From Octopus vulgaris (lineage: Eukaryota): DNA of 64,000 bases. The translations under genes were made by a program, and so were the position numbers. The stretch spans positions 20,522,001 through 20,586,000 of the forward strand of contig OX597817.1 in the NCBI GenBank assembly GCA_951406725.2, given 5' to 3'. Shown in pieces: positions 25,843 to 39,214 of this stretch. The notes under the pieces were generated by a model that saw nothing but the letters and a program-made list of their open reading frames with translations, searched no databases and had not been told where the DNA came from. The first letter of the stretch is position 1. The number at the start of each line of letters is the position of its first letter.

Positions 25843-26283
25843 TTGTAGTAAAGTTTGTTTCTCAAAATAAAATGGCAGTCCTGGTTTAAGACTAATGTTG
25901 CAGCATTTAAGACTAATTTAGCCCCAGGAGGCATCGTCTCCAGCTGGCTATACGACACGATCTGTGTCCTTACATTTTCGATCAAGGGAATCTAGCATTC
26001 CTACTCAGCTGAAAACGATATCTGTGTCTCGCGATTTCTGGGTTATTTCTCTCCATCAGCACAGAATAATTGTTCGGCTAGAGGTGGCACTGCCAAAGTC
26101 CCGCTGGAAATATATCGTTTTCAAAGTGACCACTAGTCACTGATTTATAAATTAAAAAATTGCTAAGGACACAGGGCGTGTCGTATAGCCTGCTGGAGAC
26201 GATGTCTCCTGGGGCTAAATGACAGCAACATTAGTGCTAAAACAGGACTGCCATATTATGTTGGCAAGCAATCTTGACTACAA
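25843..26283. mobile_element. Foldback/MITE-like element: ~130-bp inverted arms, ~180-bp spacer
   Basis: atttagccccaggaggcatcgtctccagctggctatacgacacg..tgtgtcctta pairs with taaggacaca..cgtgtcgtatagcctgctggagacgatgtctcctggggctaaat. Confidence 0.88.
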
Positions 26284-26714
26284 GCAATAGCAAGTTAAAA
26301 TGATAAAACGACAGCAGAGTAAACTACTCAGTATAAGTGTTTGATCAAATCATGTTAATGGGAACTACTTATGCGAGGTGTATAAGTTTATAGGATGAAA
26401 ATGTCTAACCTTTCCATAGAGCCAAATATTTGTAGGCAGCGCAATCATGAAAGTATAATTATACTGCGGTTATCTCAGTAAGACTAGTAAGTTGAATGAC
26501 CTATGCACACGCAGTATATTCTCTGTCTAGACGTTTGAACATAGCGTATGGTAATATAAAACAGATTCTTTTATGTTAACGCAAGATGAAAATGATGTCT
26601 TCCTCTACTTATTAAATTAGTAAAAATAGTTTTAAATGACACTTACTCAAGAACGATATTAAGTGGCTTTAATTCAGATAACTGAAAATAATTTATTAAT
26701 ATAAGAAGGAAGTT

Positions 26715-26845
26715 ATTTCGCCAAGGTCGACTGTCTTTCATCCTCTCAGGGTCGATAAAGTAAGTACCATTTGAGCACAAGGGTTAATATAATTCATTTT
26801 CCCTTCCTCAAATGCGCTGGCCTTGGGCCAAAATTTGAAACGAAC
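26715..26845 (+). mobile_element. SINE family B fragment
   Basis: gccaaggtcgactgtctttcatcctctcagggtcgataaagtaagtacca. Confidence 0.7.
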
Positions 26846-27179
26846 ACAGCAATGAATTAACCTGCTGAACGAAAGCTTTTGAGACATCAACTTTATCGAA
26901 ATTCTTGATATAATCCCTCGGTATCTAGAAAGTAAATAAAGACACCCACGGTGCTTTAAAAGAAATCATGTAAAAGACATGAGTTAACAAACTATTTAAA
27001 ATAAAAGAAAAAAATATTCAGCAAACTCAGAAAAATAGCTAATAGCTGTTTAAATTCATGCAGTTCGCATAAATGTGACTGAAATGTTTGACGTTAAAAG
27101 ATGCTCGATAATATTAGAGATATATACTACTACACAATATTTCTATGTATGATTGCTAGCAATGTATGTAGTAGATATA

Positions 27180-27580
27180 TCTATATATATAAAAGAAAAG
27201 TTGTGTGGTGTCTGTCTCCTACGATTTAGATTCCTAACTACTCCCACATTTTGCGGTGCAGTTTAACCAAAAGCGGGTATCTTATAGTCATGATTCATAT
27301 CGAGCCCTTCTGGGTATTAGCGCGCGTCTACGATGAGTCTACGATTTAAAAAAAAATTACCATTATTTATTTTCCATTTTTAATGCATTTTTTGCTATTA
27401 TATAGGGGAAGTAACTGTCTAAAAATGTCTACGATGAGTCTACGATTTAAAAAAAAATTATCATCATTTTTTTCCATTTTTAATTCATTTTTTGCTATTA
27501 TATAAGGGAAGTAAGTCTCTAAAAATGTTTGTATAATTATTTCCTTTAGAAACCCAAGCAATGCCGGGCGATACTGCTAG
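27180..27580 (+). mobile_element. Non-autonomous Helitron
   Basis: A|TC 5' end, subterminal GC hairpin (cccaagcaatgccggg), CTAG|T 3' end; second copy at 36038-36546; internal ~100-bp tandem duplication. Confidence 0.9.
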
Positions 27581-28115
27581 TATTTGTATACAACACATCT
27601 TCGTATATCGAACAATTTGACAAATCGAACAATGTGATTTATATATTTGTAGAATAGTGGGGATAATATGTGTAGCTCATTAACGGGGGAAAATTGTATT
27701 TACTCCCAATGAAAAAATCAACAAGAATAAAATCACCTAGATGGTTCAAAAACGTTTCCCCAGAATTCATTGCATAATGAAAGAACTTGTTTGCATTAAA
27801 CACTTAGCTGTTGCCTGACGTTTAGAATTATAGAATCTGATAATGTATATTATCATATGAGATGTAAGAAACATTTAAGGAATAAAGGCTAAGGTCGATG
27901 CTTCATCGTGAATAGTAAAAATTCATTACAATTTTTCCCCGATCTCTCGATTTCTGATTAATTTATTCGTCAAGCACGTGCAGCATATATAATATCAGAT
28001 TTAATGTAACAATGTATATTATATACACCTTGCTATGCTACTATATACACACACATACACAATCACAACTACCCACACACATACAAAATCATATATATGT
28101 ATGCATATATATATG

Positions 28116-28173
<58 letters not shown>

Positions 28174-28859
28174 TTGGGGGTTTAGTTCACAGGTGGTCTA
28201 AACGATGAGGCACTCTAGGTAAGTGCTGTAACGGATTACTAGGGCTCCAAGGTTATAGCTGAGACAGTAGTTATGGGGCCATTGCAGATTTCCGATATAG
28301 CGGATATATAATTGTTAAAGAGGACAACAAACGTTAAGGCAAGTCATATTCATTATTATTAATGGAGGGAAAACTAGAAGGATAAAGATTAATGAAATGA
28401 CGGCTTAGAAGACAGGAGCAAAAGGAATAAGGAGATGAGAGAGAAGAAAAAAGAAGCATAAAATTCACAGTTCAACCTTCCGATGTTTTAGATATGTCCA
28501 TAATTCCTATGTGCAATCTTGCGTAAATCCGTGTAGGTTAATGCCCTGATATTGTAAACACCCAGGAAAAAGACGAGAACATATCAAAGTTCAATAACAC
28601 AACGGTAGCGGAGGTGGCTATTAAGTGGTAAAAGGAAAGAAAAATAAATAAATAGAGTGGGAGGTAGAGTCTGGGGGAGAGTTAAGGAATAACTTTAAGG
28701 ATAAAGTAAAATGTATAAACATACAGTGTCTAAGAATATAGTGGACAAAGACAGCCGAGAAGAGAAAAGAGAAGATGAGTATTTAGAGGAAGATAGCATA
28801 AAAAATAAACCAAATAAGCAAAATGAAATGAGTTTAAAGAGAGTAGACAGTGCCAGTGT

Positions 28860-29845
28860 TATTCTTGTAGTCTACAGGGGTTTGGCAGGAATTTTAGTAG
28901 TAAAAACCTGTGATTTGGTACCATTTGATTTATTGAAACCCAAATTGCTGCAATGCTGAGTTCTTATCTGAGACATTATCTGCGTTATTACCCAGTACCG
29001 TCCATTTCCGTTCTTCGTATGATTTTTAACTCCAAAGTTGGGAGCTAGACTTTCCGGAATCTTCCATATGTATATCACTGCATACCTCTCTCGCCTACTC
29101 TCCAGGGAGTAGAACTTCAGTAATTGTAGCCTTTTCCAGTAGCTCATGTGTTTCAGCTAGCGAATCTTCTTTGTTTAGTGTCGCAGGGCTGCCTCAAGTT
29201 CCGCCACCAATTTGACGCTCTGCGGCGATCACAGATGGGAGCAGTAATCCAGACGACCTAGAACAAATGTCCACCAAATGTTTCCTTATTTCTGGTTATC
29301 AATGATCTAAAGATCATCCACCTAAACGCCTGCACAGTGTTGCTATCCCCGCAGTATGCACATGAAATGTTGCATCACAAGTAATGTGAATTCCAACGCC
29401 ACACAGTGATTCAAACTCTAGGGTCGCACTGCCTCCTCGTCCTATGTGTTACTATTGTAGTTTGTTCGTAGACCGATAGCGGAATGCTTAAAACTTATCA
29501 TTATTGAACTGCGTGTTATATTCATAAGCCCATTTACATATTGCGTGCAGGTCATTTTGCAGTTTTGCTATGTCATCAGATTCCTTGACCGCCTGAGATA
29601 CATTTGTATCATTATCATAGCTGGTGACATTTGATTATTGTACGACTGAGGGCATATCAGGGAGAACCACTACAACACAGGGGGGGGACCCAGTAGAATT
29701 ACCTGAGGAACGCCGGTGCGGATTGATATTTCCCCAGAAAGATCAACAGTGGCTGCAACTGCTTAACTTCTATCCGTTAAGATATCGTGCAGCCACACTC
29801 TAAGATTTCCAATGATACCAATGTCGCGTAGTTTATGACATATAC
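28860..29845 (-). pseudogene. CR1/L2-like LINE RT and C-terminal remnant
   Basis: TGVPQ..LG (SGVPQG), SYDNDT (YADD), SYWKRLQLLKFYSLESRRERYAVIYIWKI. Confidence 0.85.
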
Positions 29846-30897
29846 ATTTGAATGTTGCTACATCAGTGCCAGTATACTTATCTCAACGACTCGCTGTTAA
29901 CTGGCCGAGAACAGGAAAAAAAGTTTTCAAAGAAAAAGATATTAAATAACGCAATACAGTATTCTAAAGTGACACATTATTTAAATTTCGCATGATCATA
30001 AAATACAAGCTGTACATAGTGTATGCCTTGTAATAATTATTTATGAATACAAGATATTATTTACAAAATTAACGGTATACAGTTAATATAATAGCACATA
30101 TACACTGTGCACAGTGCAGAATATTTCATTAATAGGATATGTCAAATAAAATATTAAAGAAATATTACTACTAAATAGCCAAAGTTATATAACATATAAT
30201 CGCTTCTTCTACGAATCACTTTTGAAGTACTCTATAATTAAAGTATGTTATCTTCTCGATAATTATAAAATATTAGAATTCTGAAATTATATGGTATACG
30301 TAACGTATATACATATACCCATCTACATATAAAACACGTATTTACATAAATTGGAATATATATGTGCGTGTGCTGTATGTGTATGTGTGGGCGCCAGCGC
30401 GTGACTAGTTGTGTGGGTGTGTATATATAAATAGAAATATATATGTATATATATGTATATATAAATATAAAGGTATATACATGAAATATTCATAAATACT
30501 CATGTCCATATCTATTTATCTATATACATATATAATTATATATATAATTATTTATATGAATATATCAATATGTACAGACATAATTATATGTCTTTCTTTA
30601 TATTTCTCTCTCACTCTCTGAACACACTCAGATACACACACACAAACACACATATATCTGTAGGTAGGTATAGCTATACAGAATCATTATAGTTTTGTAC
30701 ATTACGTGATGCGATATTCATTTCAGGTTTCTTTGTAGTAAGTTCTAATCTTTTACAGGTTCAGTGTGTCTATTTATCATCCTTTTAATAATATACCAGC
30801 CAAATGCTCTTCCATATTTCCCTCAATACATACTCTCATACACACGTACACATACATAGATACATAGATACACACACACACACACACTTACACCCCC

Positions 30898-30944
<47 letters not shown>

Positions 30945-30948
<4 letters not shown>

Positions 30949-31310
30949 GTTCTGATCAGTGGACACCGCTAGAGCCCACTATTGCTGTCGTTCAGGAGAC
31001 TGTTTCGAGCTAGCTCCTGTTTCTAGTCTCAATAAACGACATACAAAGCGTCATCAAACATAGCAAAGTAAAAATATTCGTAGATGACTTCAGGAAATTA
31101 TCAATGGAGAAGAAGGCCGAACTGAATACAAACCTGATCTGCATGCTGTAAACTAATGGGAAAGACAAAAACAAAATGCAGTTAAATGAGGGAAAATTTG
31201 ATCTTTTACATTTTGGAAAAACGAAACCTGCTCTCAAACCATTATATTTTCCTCATTCAGGAGAACCATCCACATCATCCAGTAATATTAGTGACATAGG
31301 TGTGATTGGT
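30945..31310 (+). pseudogene. CR1/L2-like RT fragment
   Basis: LFLVSINDIQSVIKHSKVKIFVDD and MQLNEGKFDLLHFGK. Confidence 0.8.
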
Positions 31311-32923
31311 GTAGAGAGAGATGATATTGTAGGCCAGAAGTTGAAGCTTGCCTGGGTGCCATTAATGAAGAGTAGAAAAGAGTTATACTTAAATAAAAAA
31401 AAAAATAAAGTAATACTTAAATAATTTCTGATGATCTATCAAAAGCGAATCAGCCAGCTACTACGTTGATCCGTTGCAGGATACATCACTTTCTTCTGTT
31501 TTCATGCACTGTGGAATTGAAAATCAGTTTTGCAGAATTTGAACACCGTAAATCATTACTTTAATACGGCATAGCTTTTTATCTCTTAAATTAGGAACTG
31601 TGCTTTCACCCAGCTCATACAAGATGCAGCCAATAAGAGCGCTGGAAAATTTATACAAAAATAGTTTGGAATTGCATTAAGAGTCGTAAAAATATATTAT
31701 TAATAAGCGACAACGACTGTGTGGTGTTTAAATAATAATCATTAGGCGGTGACAGCTCTATTACAAATACATTTTCTTCCACTTTTAATTGCAAGTAGAA
31801 ATCAATATTTAGTATGTTTGAATAATATCCGCTGAGACTCAAAGTTAAACCTTTTTTTTCAAAAGTTGGTCAATTATTTATGCATCGTGGTTCTACAAAG
31901 TCTTACACATAAAATGTTATCTGCTTGATGATTTCAAACAGAAGAAAACAGTTTCAAAATTAAAACAGAATAGTGATAATAAATAAAATGTGATTTATTG
32001 CTTATTGTAGCTAAGAAATTTGTTTTCGCGGAGTGAGTTGCATCAAATAAATCAGCTGATGACATCTTTTTGAATGTTTAATTTACCCAATGTTTTGTTT
32101 TTTTTTCTGTTTCAAAACAGAATAGACTAACACTGAAAATTGTAAAACTAAATTAAGAAATTTTACGGGAAATATGTCATTTCCAAATATACTTTTGCAG
32201 CCACACTGGCTAACGATACGTATAATATAGTATATATTATAAACATTATATTCCATGAATTTCACTTATGTAAAATATTATCTATATATATCCCAAAGTT
32301 ATGAAGACACACAGTATCAAAACAAATGCAATTGCCCTATCAGGGTAAGCTTATGCTGTTATGTATCTTTATCCACTATGATTAATTTACTTAATATATT
32401 TTAATAATTCTTTTCACTCGTTCTGGAATTGTAATACCAACGCAATTTATTACAATGGAATTTAACACTCCATAGCTATTTAGTTGTTACGGAAAACCGG
32501 AATCAATTCTAAATTCAAAACCACTTACACACACATGTACACAGACATGCACATACGCATGCAATCATTGAGTGCTACTATACTTCATAGATAAGAAGGT
32601 TTCTGTAATAATTTGTAAAGATTAAGACAACATAATTTGAAATATTTTATGCTACAATTCTGATATTGATAGTACACATCAAACTTACTCTAGTTTGAAT
32701 CGTTTTTGTTTTCTGTATTTCTATTCGAAATGTATAATGCAAACCGTGCAAATTCATGCAAACAATTCAATATAATTTTATTCTACACTTAAATTATTAC
32801 TACATATAAGAGGCTGCGAAATGCGTTTGTAGGATGTCAAGCTATTAAATATATATATGTATATATTTTTATATATTTTATCTAGTTTCAACTCACGAGC
32901 TGTGGCCATGCTGGGGCACCGCC

Positions 32924-32993
<70 letters not shown>

Positions 32994-33009
32994 ATATCAT
33001 ACCTCCTGA

Positions 33010-33110
33010 AATACTACTACTACAACTCCTACTACTACTACTACTACTACTACTGCTACTGCTACTACTACTACTGCTGCTGCTGCTGGTGCTGCTGTTA
33101 TTGTTGTTGC
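33010..33110. repeat. (CTA)n/(CTG)n array; a similar array lies at 33997-34082
   Basis: Directly visible on both sides of the LINE fragment. Confidence 0.93.
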
Positions 33111-33114
33111 TTAG

Positions 33115-33996
33115 CAACTACCGGCTGGGTAGTTGGTTAGTGCTGCTCCTCAATCACCACCTGTTTCTTCGCCATCTTCAGCCATTTCTTCCACAACTTG
33201 AGTGCCAATCTGGGCTCCTTCGCGGTCGCCTTGGGGGTCCGTCAGCTGACCGCAGATCGACGGAGGAATAGCTGGACACTCCAACAGCACGTGTTCTCCC
33301 ATTTCTTTACCCATTTTGTAATTGCGGCAAATATGGTCCTCAATTCTTCCAATCTTGTGCTGCCAGATTCTCAAATCCGGATGGTGGCCGCTTCGCAATC
33401 TGCTAAGCGTGACTTGCTCTTGGCGAGTAAACTGTCGTTCATCTATGCGATTGAGCCTTTCTCCTCTTTCACCATGAACCTTACGCAACCGTTCATGCTG
33501 CATTGGAGGGCTTCTTATCGATCGTTTGATAGCCGCCTTTGGTGCTGCATAATGCCAATCAGTTCCCTCTTGATCTTGTTTAGATCCCTCTTTGGCTTTC
33601 TCATCCACCAGCTCATTCCCTACGATCCCGCGATGACTGGCGTACCACGTGAACGCCAGGTCGCATTCTTGTTGATGAAGAGTGTGGAGTAACTCAACAA
33701 CATCTCTTTCATCACCATCTTGTAAGGGACCGGAGGGATTCAAGCTCTTCAGCCTTAGGAACACTGTCTTGTTGTCGCTCAGAATTCGGACCTTCTTTTC
33801 ACTGCAACCATCGATTAAGAGGTTCAGGGCTTGCTTCATGGCTTTCCTCTCCGCTTGTTACGAAGAGTAACATTTTCCCGCCGACAGGCTCATTGCTGAA
33901 ACTATTCTCGGCTCTGCCTCAACTCGAGAACGACCTCCCAGTGGTGTTGGGCGTGCCAATTGGCCACGAACAGTTCTCAACCAACAAGTACAGGCT
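33115..33996 (-). pseudogene. I-group LINE 3' fragment: RNase H plus CCHC knuckle
   Basis: AGKCYSS*QAE, ILSD, WYASHRGIVGNELVDEKAK, LSRLRSGH, EHVLLECP; 229-aa open frame 33150-33839. Confidence 0.88.
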
Positions 33997-34027
33997 GGTG
34001 CTGCTGCTACTACCACTACTACTACTA

Positions 34028-34082
<55 letters not shown>

Positions 34083-34100
34083 ACACACACAGACGTACTT

Positions 34101-34139
<39 letters not shown>

Positions 34140-35397
34140 AACGTTATATATATGTATGTAAATACATTTAGCTGTCTGTCTATCTATCTATTTGTCTATG
34201 TAATCCTCTGTCCCTCCAACCGCTCTCACTAATATATATGCATACATATATATTTGATGGATTATCTGATGTATCTTGTGTTAATTCTTTTAAAAAATAT
34301 ATCCAATCCCCTTAATTCTATGCGTGATGAAATTTTGGCAAATTGTTGTGTTTCATACGTTACTAATCAAGTCCCAAAGACAGATAACAGTAATTACTTG
34401 TAGCATACTAATCATTCATTACTTTGCATAGACTGATGCTTCATTCGGCAATTGTTATATACATTCTCTCCCTGCACATCAGACAGACTGGAAACGTAGG
34501 CTTTCGTACTTGCAGATAATTCTTTCTGGACAAGATAATCACACAAAATCGTAAGCGCGTTAAGTGGATAATATGGACAAACCCCATCATTTCTTTGTCA
34601 AAAACAATGATAAATTACCTTCATATATTCATCAATAAATTCAGAGAAAACACTGTTTGTAGTACGACTTTTACACATAACTCATGTAGGCACACTAGCA
34701 TGTAAAAACATGCACACATACATACAAACAACACGTGCATAATTCATGCATACGCATCACATATAATGAAAGTTTAACGCAGAGTGGGACGACAAAATGA
34801 TTTATAGAAAATAAACCAGACACTAAACGAAGCAAAACACAAATACTACTTATTCTCTTGTTAGGCATTGAGCAAATATCACAGAAATTTCGGGAACTTT
34901 CCATAAAATGACGATAATATTTGTGAAAGACGGTTGCTGGAAAAACTAAGTGCCATTTGCAAATAGTGAAAAAACGTATTGCAATAAAACGAGAGTAGAA
35001 CAACAGATGACTGACCAAAAAAATGAAGTTCTTTCTTGCCTTACGAATCTGGAAGAATAATGCTTAAAAAGCGACGACAAAGGAAGATAGACAGTAAATA
35101 TTAGATAGTTAGTTTGGAGTTACAGAGATTCAGAACGGAAGAAGAATTGAAGTTAGGAAAGATAGGTAAGTTAGTACTCTATTGATAAATATGCTTAAGT
35201 GGACAGTAGATAGTAAGTTTAAAATATAGTGAAATGAGTTGTGGGATACAAAGATACAAAGACCGATGGACAGAGACTATGACAAGAACTTCGAGAAAAC
35301 AATAGAAAGATTGATTGATAGATACATCTATAAATAAATAAGTTGATATATATATATATGTATGTAAATATATTTCTCTCTCTCTCTATCTAAGAAC

Positions 35398-35490
<93 letters not shown>

Positions 35491-35520
35491 ATTTATCTAT
35501 CTATCTACCTATCAATCTAT
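35398..35520. repeat. (TATC)n microsatellite
   Basis: Directly visible. Confidence 0.97.
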
Positions 35521-36037
35521 ATAGCTAGCTAGCTATATGTCTGTCTATCTAACACTATCTGTCTCCCTCTAATATTTATATATATTTGATGGATTGTCTG
35601 ATGTATATATTTTTTCAAATTCTTAAAATATATCTAATCCACACAATTCAAAGCGTGATGAAGTTTTGGCAACTATATATATGAGTTTTATACTAACCAA
35701 GCCTCAAAGATAAATAATAAAAATTAGCTATAGCATACTTATCATTCATTAATTTGCATAGAAATAGTTCAATGGATTAATAGACCTGAAGAAAAAAAAA
35801 GGTGGTTAAAAATGAGACAGCGAATGAGAAGTCGGAACGGTAATCAAAAGACAGAACGAAGAGACGAAAGAGAGTGACAACATTGACAATGGATAAAACG
35901 AGGGACAAATAAAGAGATAAGAAGGCAGAAACATGGGTAACAAGATACAAAGAATGTGAGAACGTGGATATTAGACAATTATAGAAATTTGGGAAATAGA
36001 GAAAATTATAGACTTATGGAAAATCTAATATATATAA

Positions 36038-36546
36038 CTAGCAGTATCGCCCGGCGTTGCTCGGGTTTGTAAGGGAAATAACTATATAAGCATTTTTAGA
36101 GAGTTACTTCCCTTATAAATTCGGGCTTTCTTAGCCATTTTTGTTTTGGTGTCTTCAAGCCATGAAGTCGTTGTTCTAAAAGAACGCTGGTTTCCTTCAC
36201 AACGCATTACGACGTTGATTTCTTTACACTCCCTTCCCCACAGCTTCACGAGGGAGGGAAGGGGGAGAAGCAAACAGGTGCAGCTGTGAGCGTGGACGCC
36301 AACTCCGCCGCCATCGACATACGATGCATTTTATGCATTAAAATGGAATAAAAAATGATGTTAAATTATTTTTTTAAATCGTAGACTCATCGTTGACGCG
36401 CGCTAACAGTCAGACGGGCTCGATATGAATCACGACTATAAGATACCCGAATTTGGTTAAACTGCACCGCAAAATGTGGGAGGAGTTAGGAATCTAAATC
36501 GAAGGGGACAGACACTCACACAACTAGAGTTATATATATATATAGA
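36038..36546 (-). mobile_element. Non-autonomous Helitron, same family as 27180-27580
   Basis: On the minus strand A|TC...cccgagcaacgccggg hairpin...CTAG|T; shares ~220 bp at the 5' end and ~80 bp at the 3' end with the first copy. Confidence 0.92.
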
Positions 36547-37019
36547 TAGAGATCTATGTGTATTCGGTTTTCTCGCAAAAACGGCTTCACAAATTGTTTC
36601 CATACTTGTGATGCATTAATAATTTAATCTCAGACATATGTTAGGCCCTTCATTTGATTTCTTTTATTAGAAATAAGAAATATTGCTTTATATATTACAT
36701 TCACGTCTTTGGAAGTTTAAAAAGTATTTACTTCCGGTTATCTAGTGTCAATGGCCTAACAACTCCATGTAAATAAAGAAACGTTTCAATTTTTAGGATC
36801 TACGTTTTTTTGTTTTTTTTTCTTCAAAGGATTTATGTTACTAAATCGAACGCTAAAAACACAACTCCAGTGTCTCGCAAGAGACCCGATATTACTTTCA
36901 GGTTTAGTACAGAAAACGGCGAGTTTCTGCTGGCTTATAAACGCAGGACATATCGCACTAACACACAAACCTACCTATCTGTTTAACCGACTATCTGTCT
37001 GTCTGTCTGTCTAACGACA

Positions 37020-37107
<88 letters not shown>

Positions 37108-38399
37108 TCACTCACTCTCTATTGTTTTCACTTTAATTTTTCAGGAACTAAATCACACACAGACGCACTCCTTCCCCTGATATTCGGTGTCCCCTTTCTC
37201 TGCCTTTTCTGCTGCAACTATCTGGCTCCTTACAGCTAACTGACCTCTCAAACGTCTCCATGCCACTTGCATCTTCTCTTCTAATGTCCACCTCCACCCC
37301 TCCTGAAACTGGGCAAAATGCTTTACGTACTGAGTTCACATTCTATCTATGCTAATTTGCCTTTCATCTTTTGAGGGTTGATACAATAAGTACCAGTTGA
37401 ATGTGTAACTAGTTCAGCTGATCATAAAACTGGTACGATCAACCTAGAAACAGATGAAGATCCGTTTCCGTTAATTTTTGCTGGCATATACACATTAGCA
37501 AATTATCCAATGAGGTAATCTCTGTGTGAACGTTCAATTTGCTAGAAATAACAGTCAAATCTCCATCACAATATGCCCGAAATTTTTACAATGAAGGACA
37601 CATTAAACAATGTCCTACAAAATTCAAATACAGAATGGTTCTTTCTAGCCTGACCTCGGTTTAAAAGGAAAAGCATTCGTTGCAACGAATGTAAACACAG
37701 AAAAACTTCACGAAATATATGAAAAATATATGTAAAATATGTAAAAATATTATGACCATTGACAAAACATATCTAAAATAAAATTCTAATCGATAAATAT
37801 AAATTTTTATTGAAACAAAACAAGCGGGTGAAGTAAATCTAGTGGTGTGAAGAATCAACACAACGTGCCAGTGAAGTGAAACGCAACATAACGTGCGGCT
37901 GTCATAGTAACAAGCTGCTAATACCTCGCTATCTGTTGATTGGCTAAAATTACCCAAATGTTTCCAAATTTTATTCTGAATAACATCAGATTCTGAAATT
38001 TACGAGATACAGTAATTCGATGGTCGTAATCAAAATTCAGAGTTGCAACGATACACTGAAATTGAAAGCAATCTGAACAAAATTAAAGGAGACTGATTTT
38101 GTGAATCAATTTAACTTGAACCTGTTTTTCTGTTGTTGGCGGGTTTTTTTTCTGTCCCTTCGATCCTGGTTTTTTCGTTCACTGGGGGACAAATTTCGCT
38201 CCAACACATACAATACTGTATTTTCCATAAAATATTCTTATTTACTTCCTGCCCGTCGTATTAAAAAACATAATTTCCGTTACCAAATTACTTTCATTGT
38301 TTACTATCTTGTGAACCCTTGTATTTCTGTATACGAATTATAGCCACGTCTAGACGGAAAGTGTCAGATTTGTCTACAATGTTAAGGTCAGCCCAAAGT

Positions 38400-38740
38400 A
38401 TGTCTCTGTCCAAAGAAAGAGAGATTTCTGCTGAAAGGAAAGGGAAGCACGCCTAAAATCGAACAGACGGAGCACTACAAAAGCTAGAGCATCTCAAAGT
38501 GATGAACAGAGGTATGTATGGCTGAGAAAGAATAGGATCTCCGCTGCAGAACGAAGACCAGTTGCAACAGCTCAGAGAAGCAACTTCTAAGAAGCAGATT
38601 TCAGATATCATCAAACAGTTCATTATGCAGATGACACTAAAGTTTCTATTGGGGCAATGACTACTGAGTGTATACATTGTAAAGAAAGTAAGTGACCTGG
38701 AGAGACACTTGAGCTGTGCAGCTAGCAGTTGAGACCTATG
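38400..38740 (+). pseudogene. Helitron protein N-terminal zinc-finger remnant
   Basis: VHYADDTKVSIGAMTTECIHCKESK*PGETLELCS resembles Helitron 'IG.M...C.HC.A.KW.GE....CC'. Confidence 0.7.
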
Positions 38741-38823
38741 TAATCTAGACGGCGTTTTTAAATTTCCTTATTTCCTTTAATCCGAGCGACGTCGAGTATT
38801 TCTGCTAGTTATATCTCTTTTAT

Positions 38824-39214
38824 CTCTTTTACTTGTTTCAGTCATTTGACTGGGGCCATGCTGGAGCACCGCCTTTAGTCGAGCAAATCGACTCCGGGAC
38901 TTTTTCTTTGTAAGCCCAGTACTTATTCTATCGGTCTCTGTTGCCGAACCGCTAAGTGACGGGGACGTAATCAACACCAGCATCGGTTGTCAAGCAATGC
39001 TAGGGGGACAAACACAGACACACACACATATACACACACACATATATATATATATACATATATACGACATGCTTCTTTCAGTTTCCGTGGACCAAATCCA
39101 CTCACAAGGCATTGGTCGGCCCGAGGCTATAGTAGAAGACACTTGCCCAAGATGCCACGCAGTGGGACTGAACCCGGAACCATGTGGTTGGTTAGCAAGC
39201 TACTTACCACACAG
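38824..39214 (-). mobile_element. SINE family A, near full length (first ~14 nt missing)
   Basis: Highly similar to 51640-52040 and 61695-62111. Confidence 0.95.

Noticed and set aside
34420-34600. Minus-strand open frame (NDGVCPYYPLNAL...) as a possible exon
   Set aside because: No recognisable homology or supporting neighbouring exons
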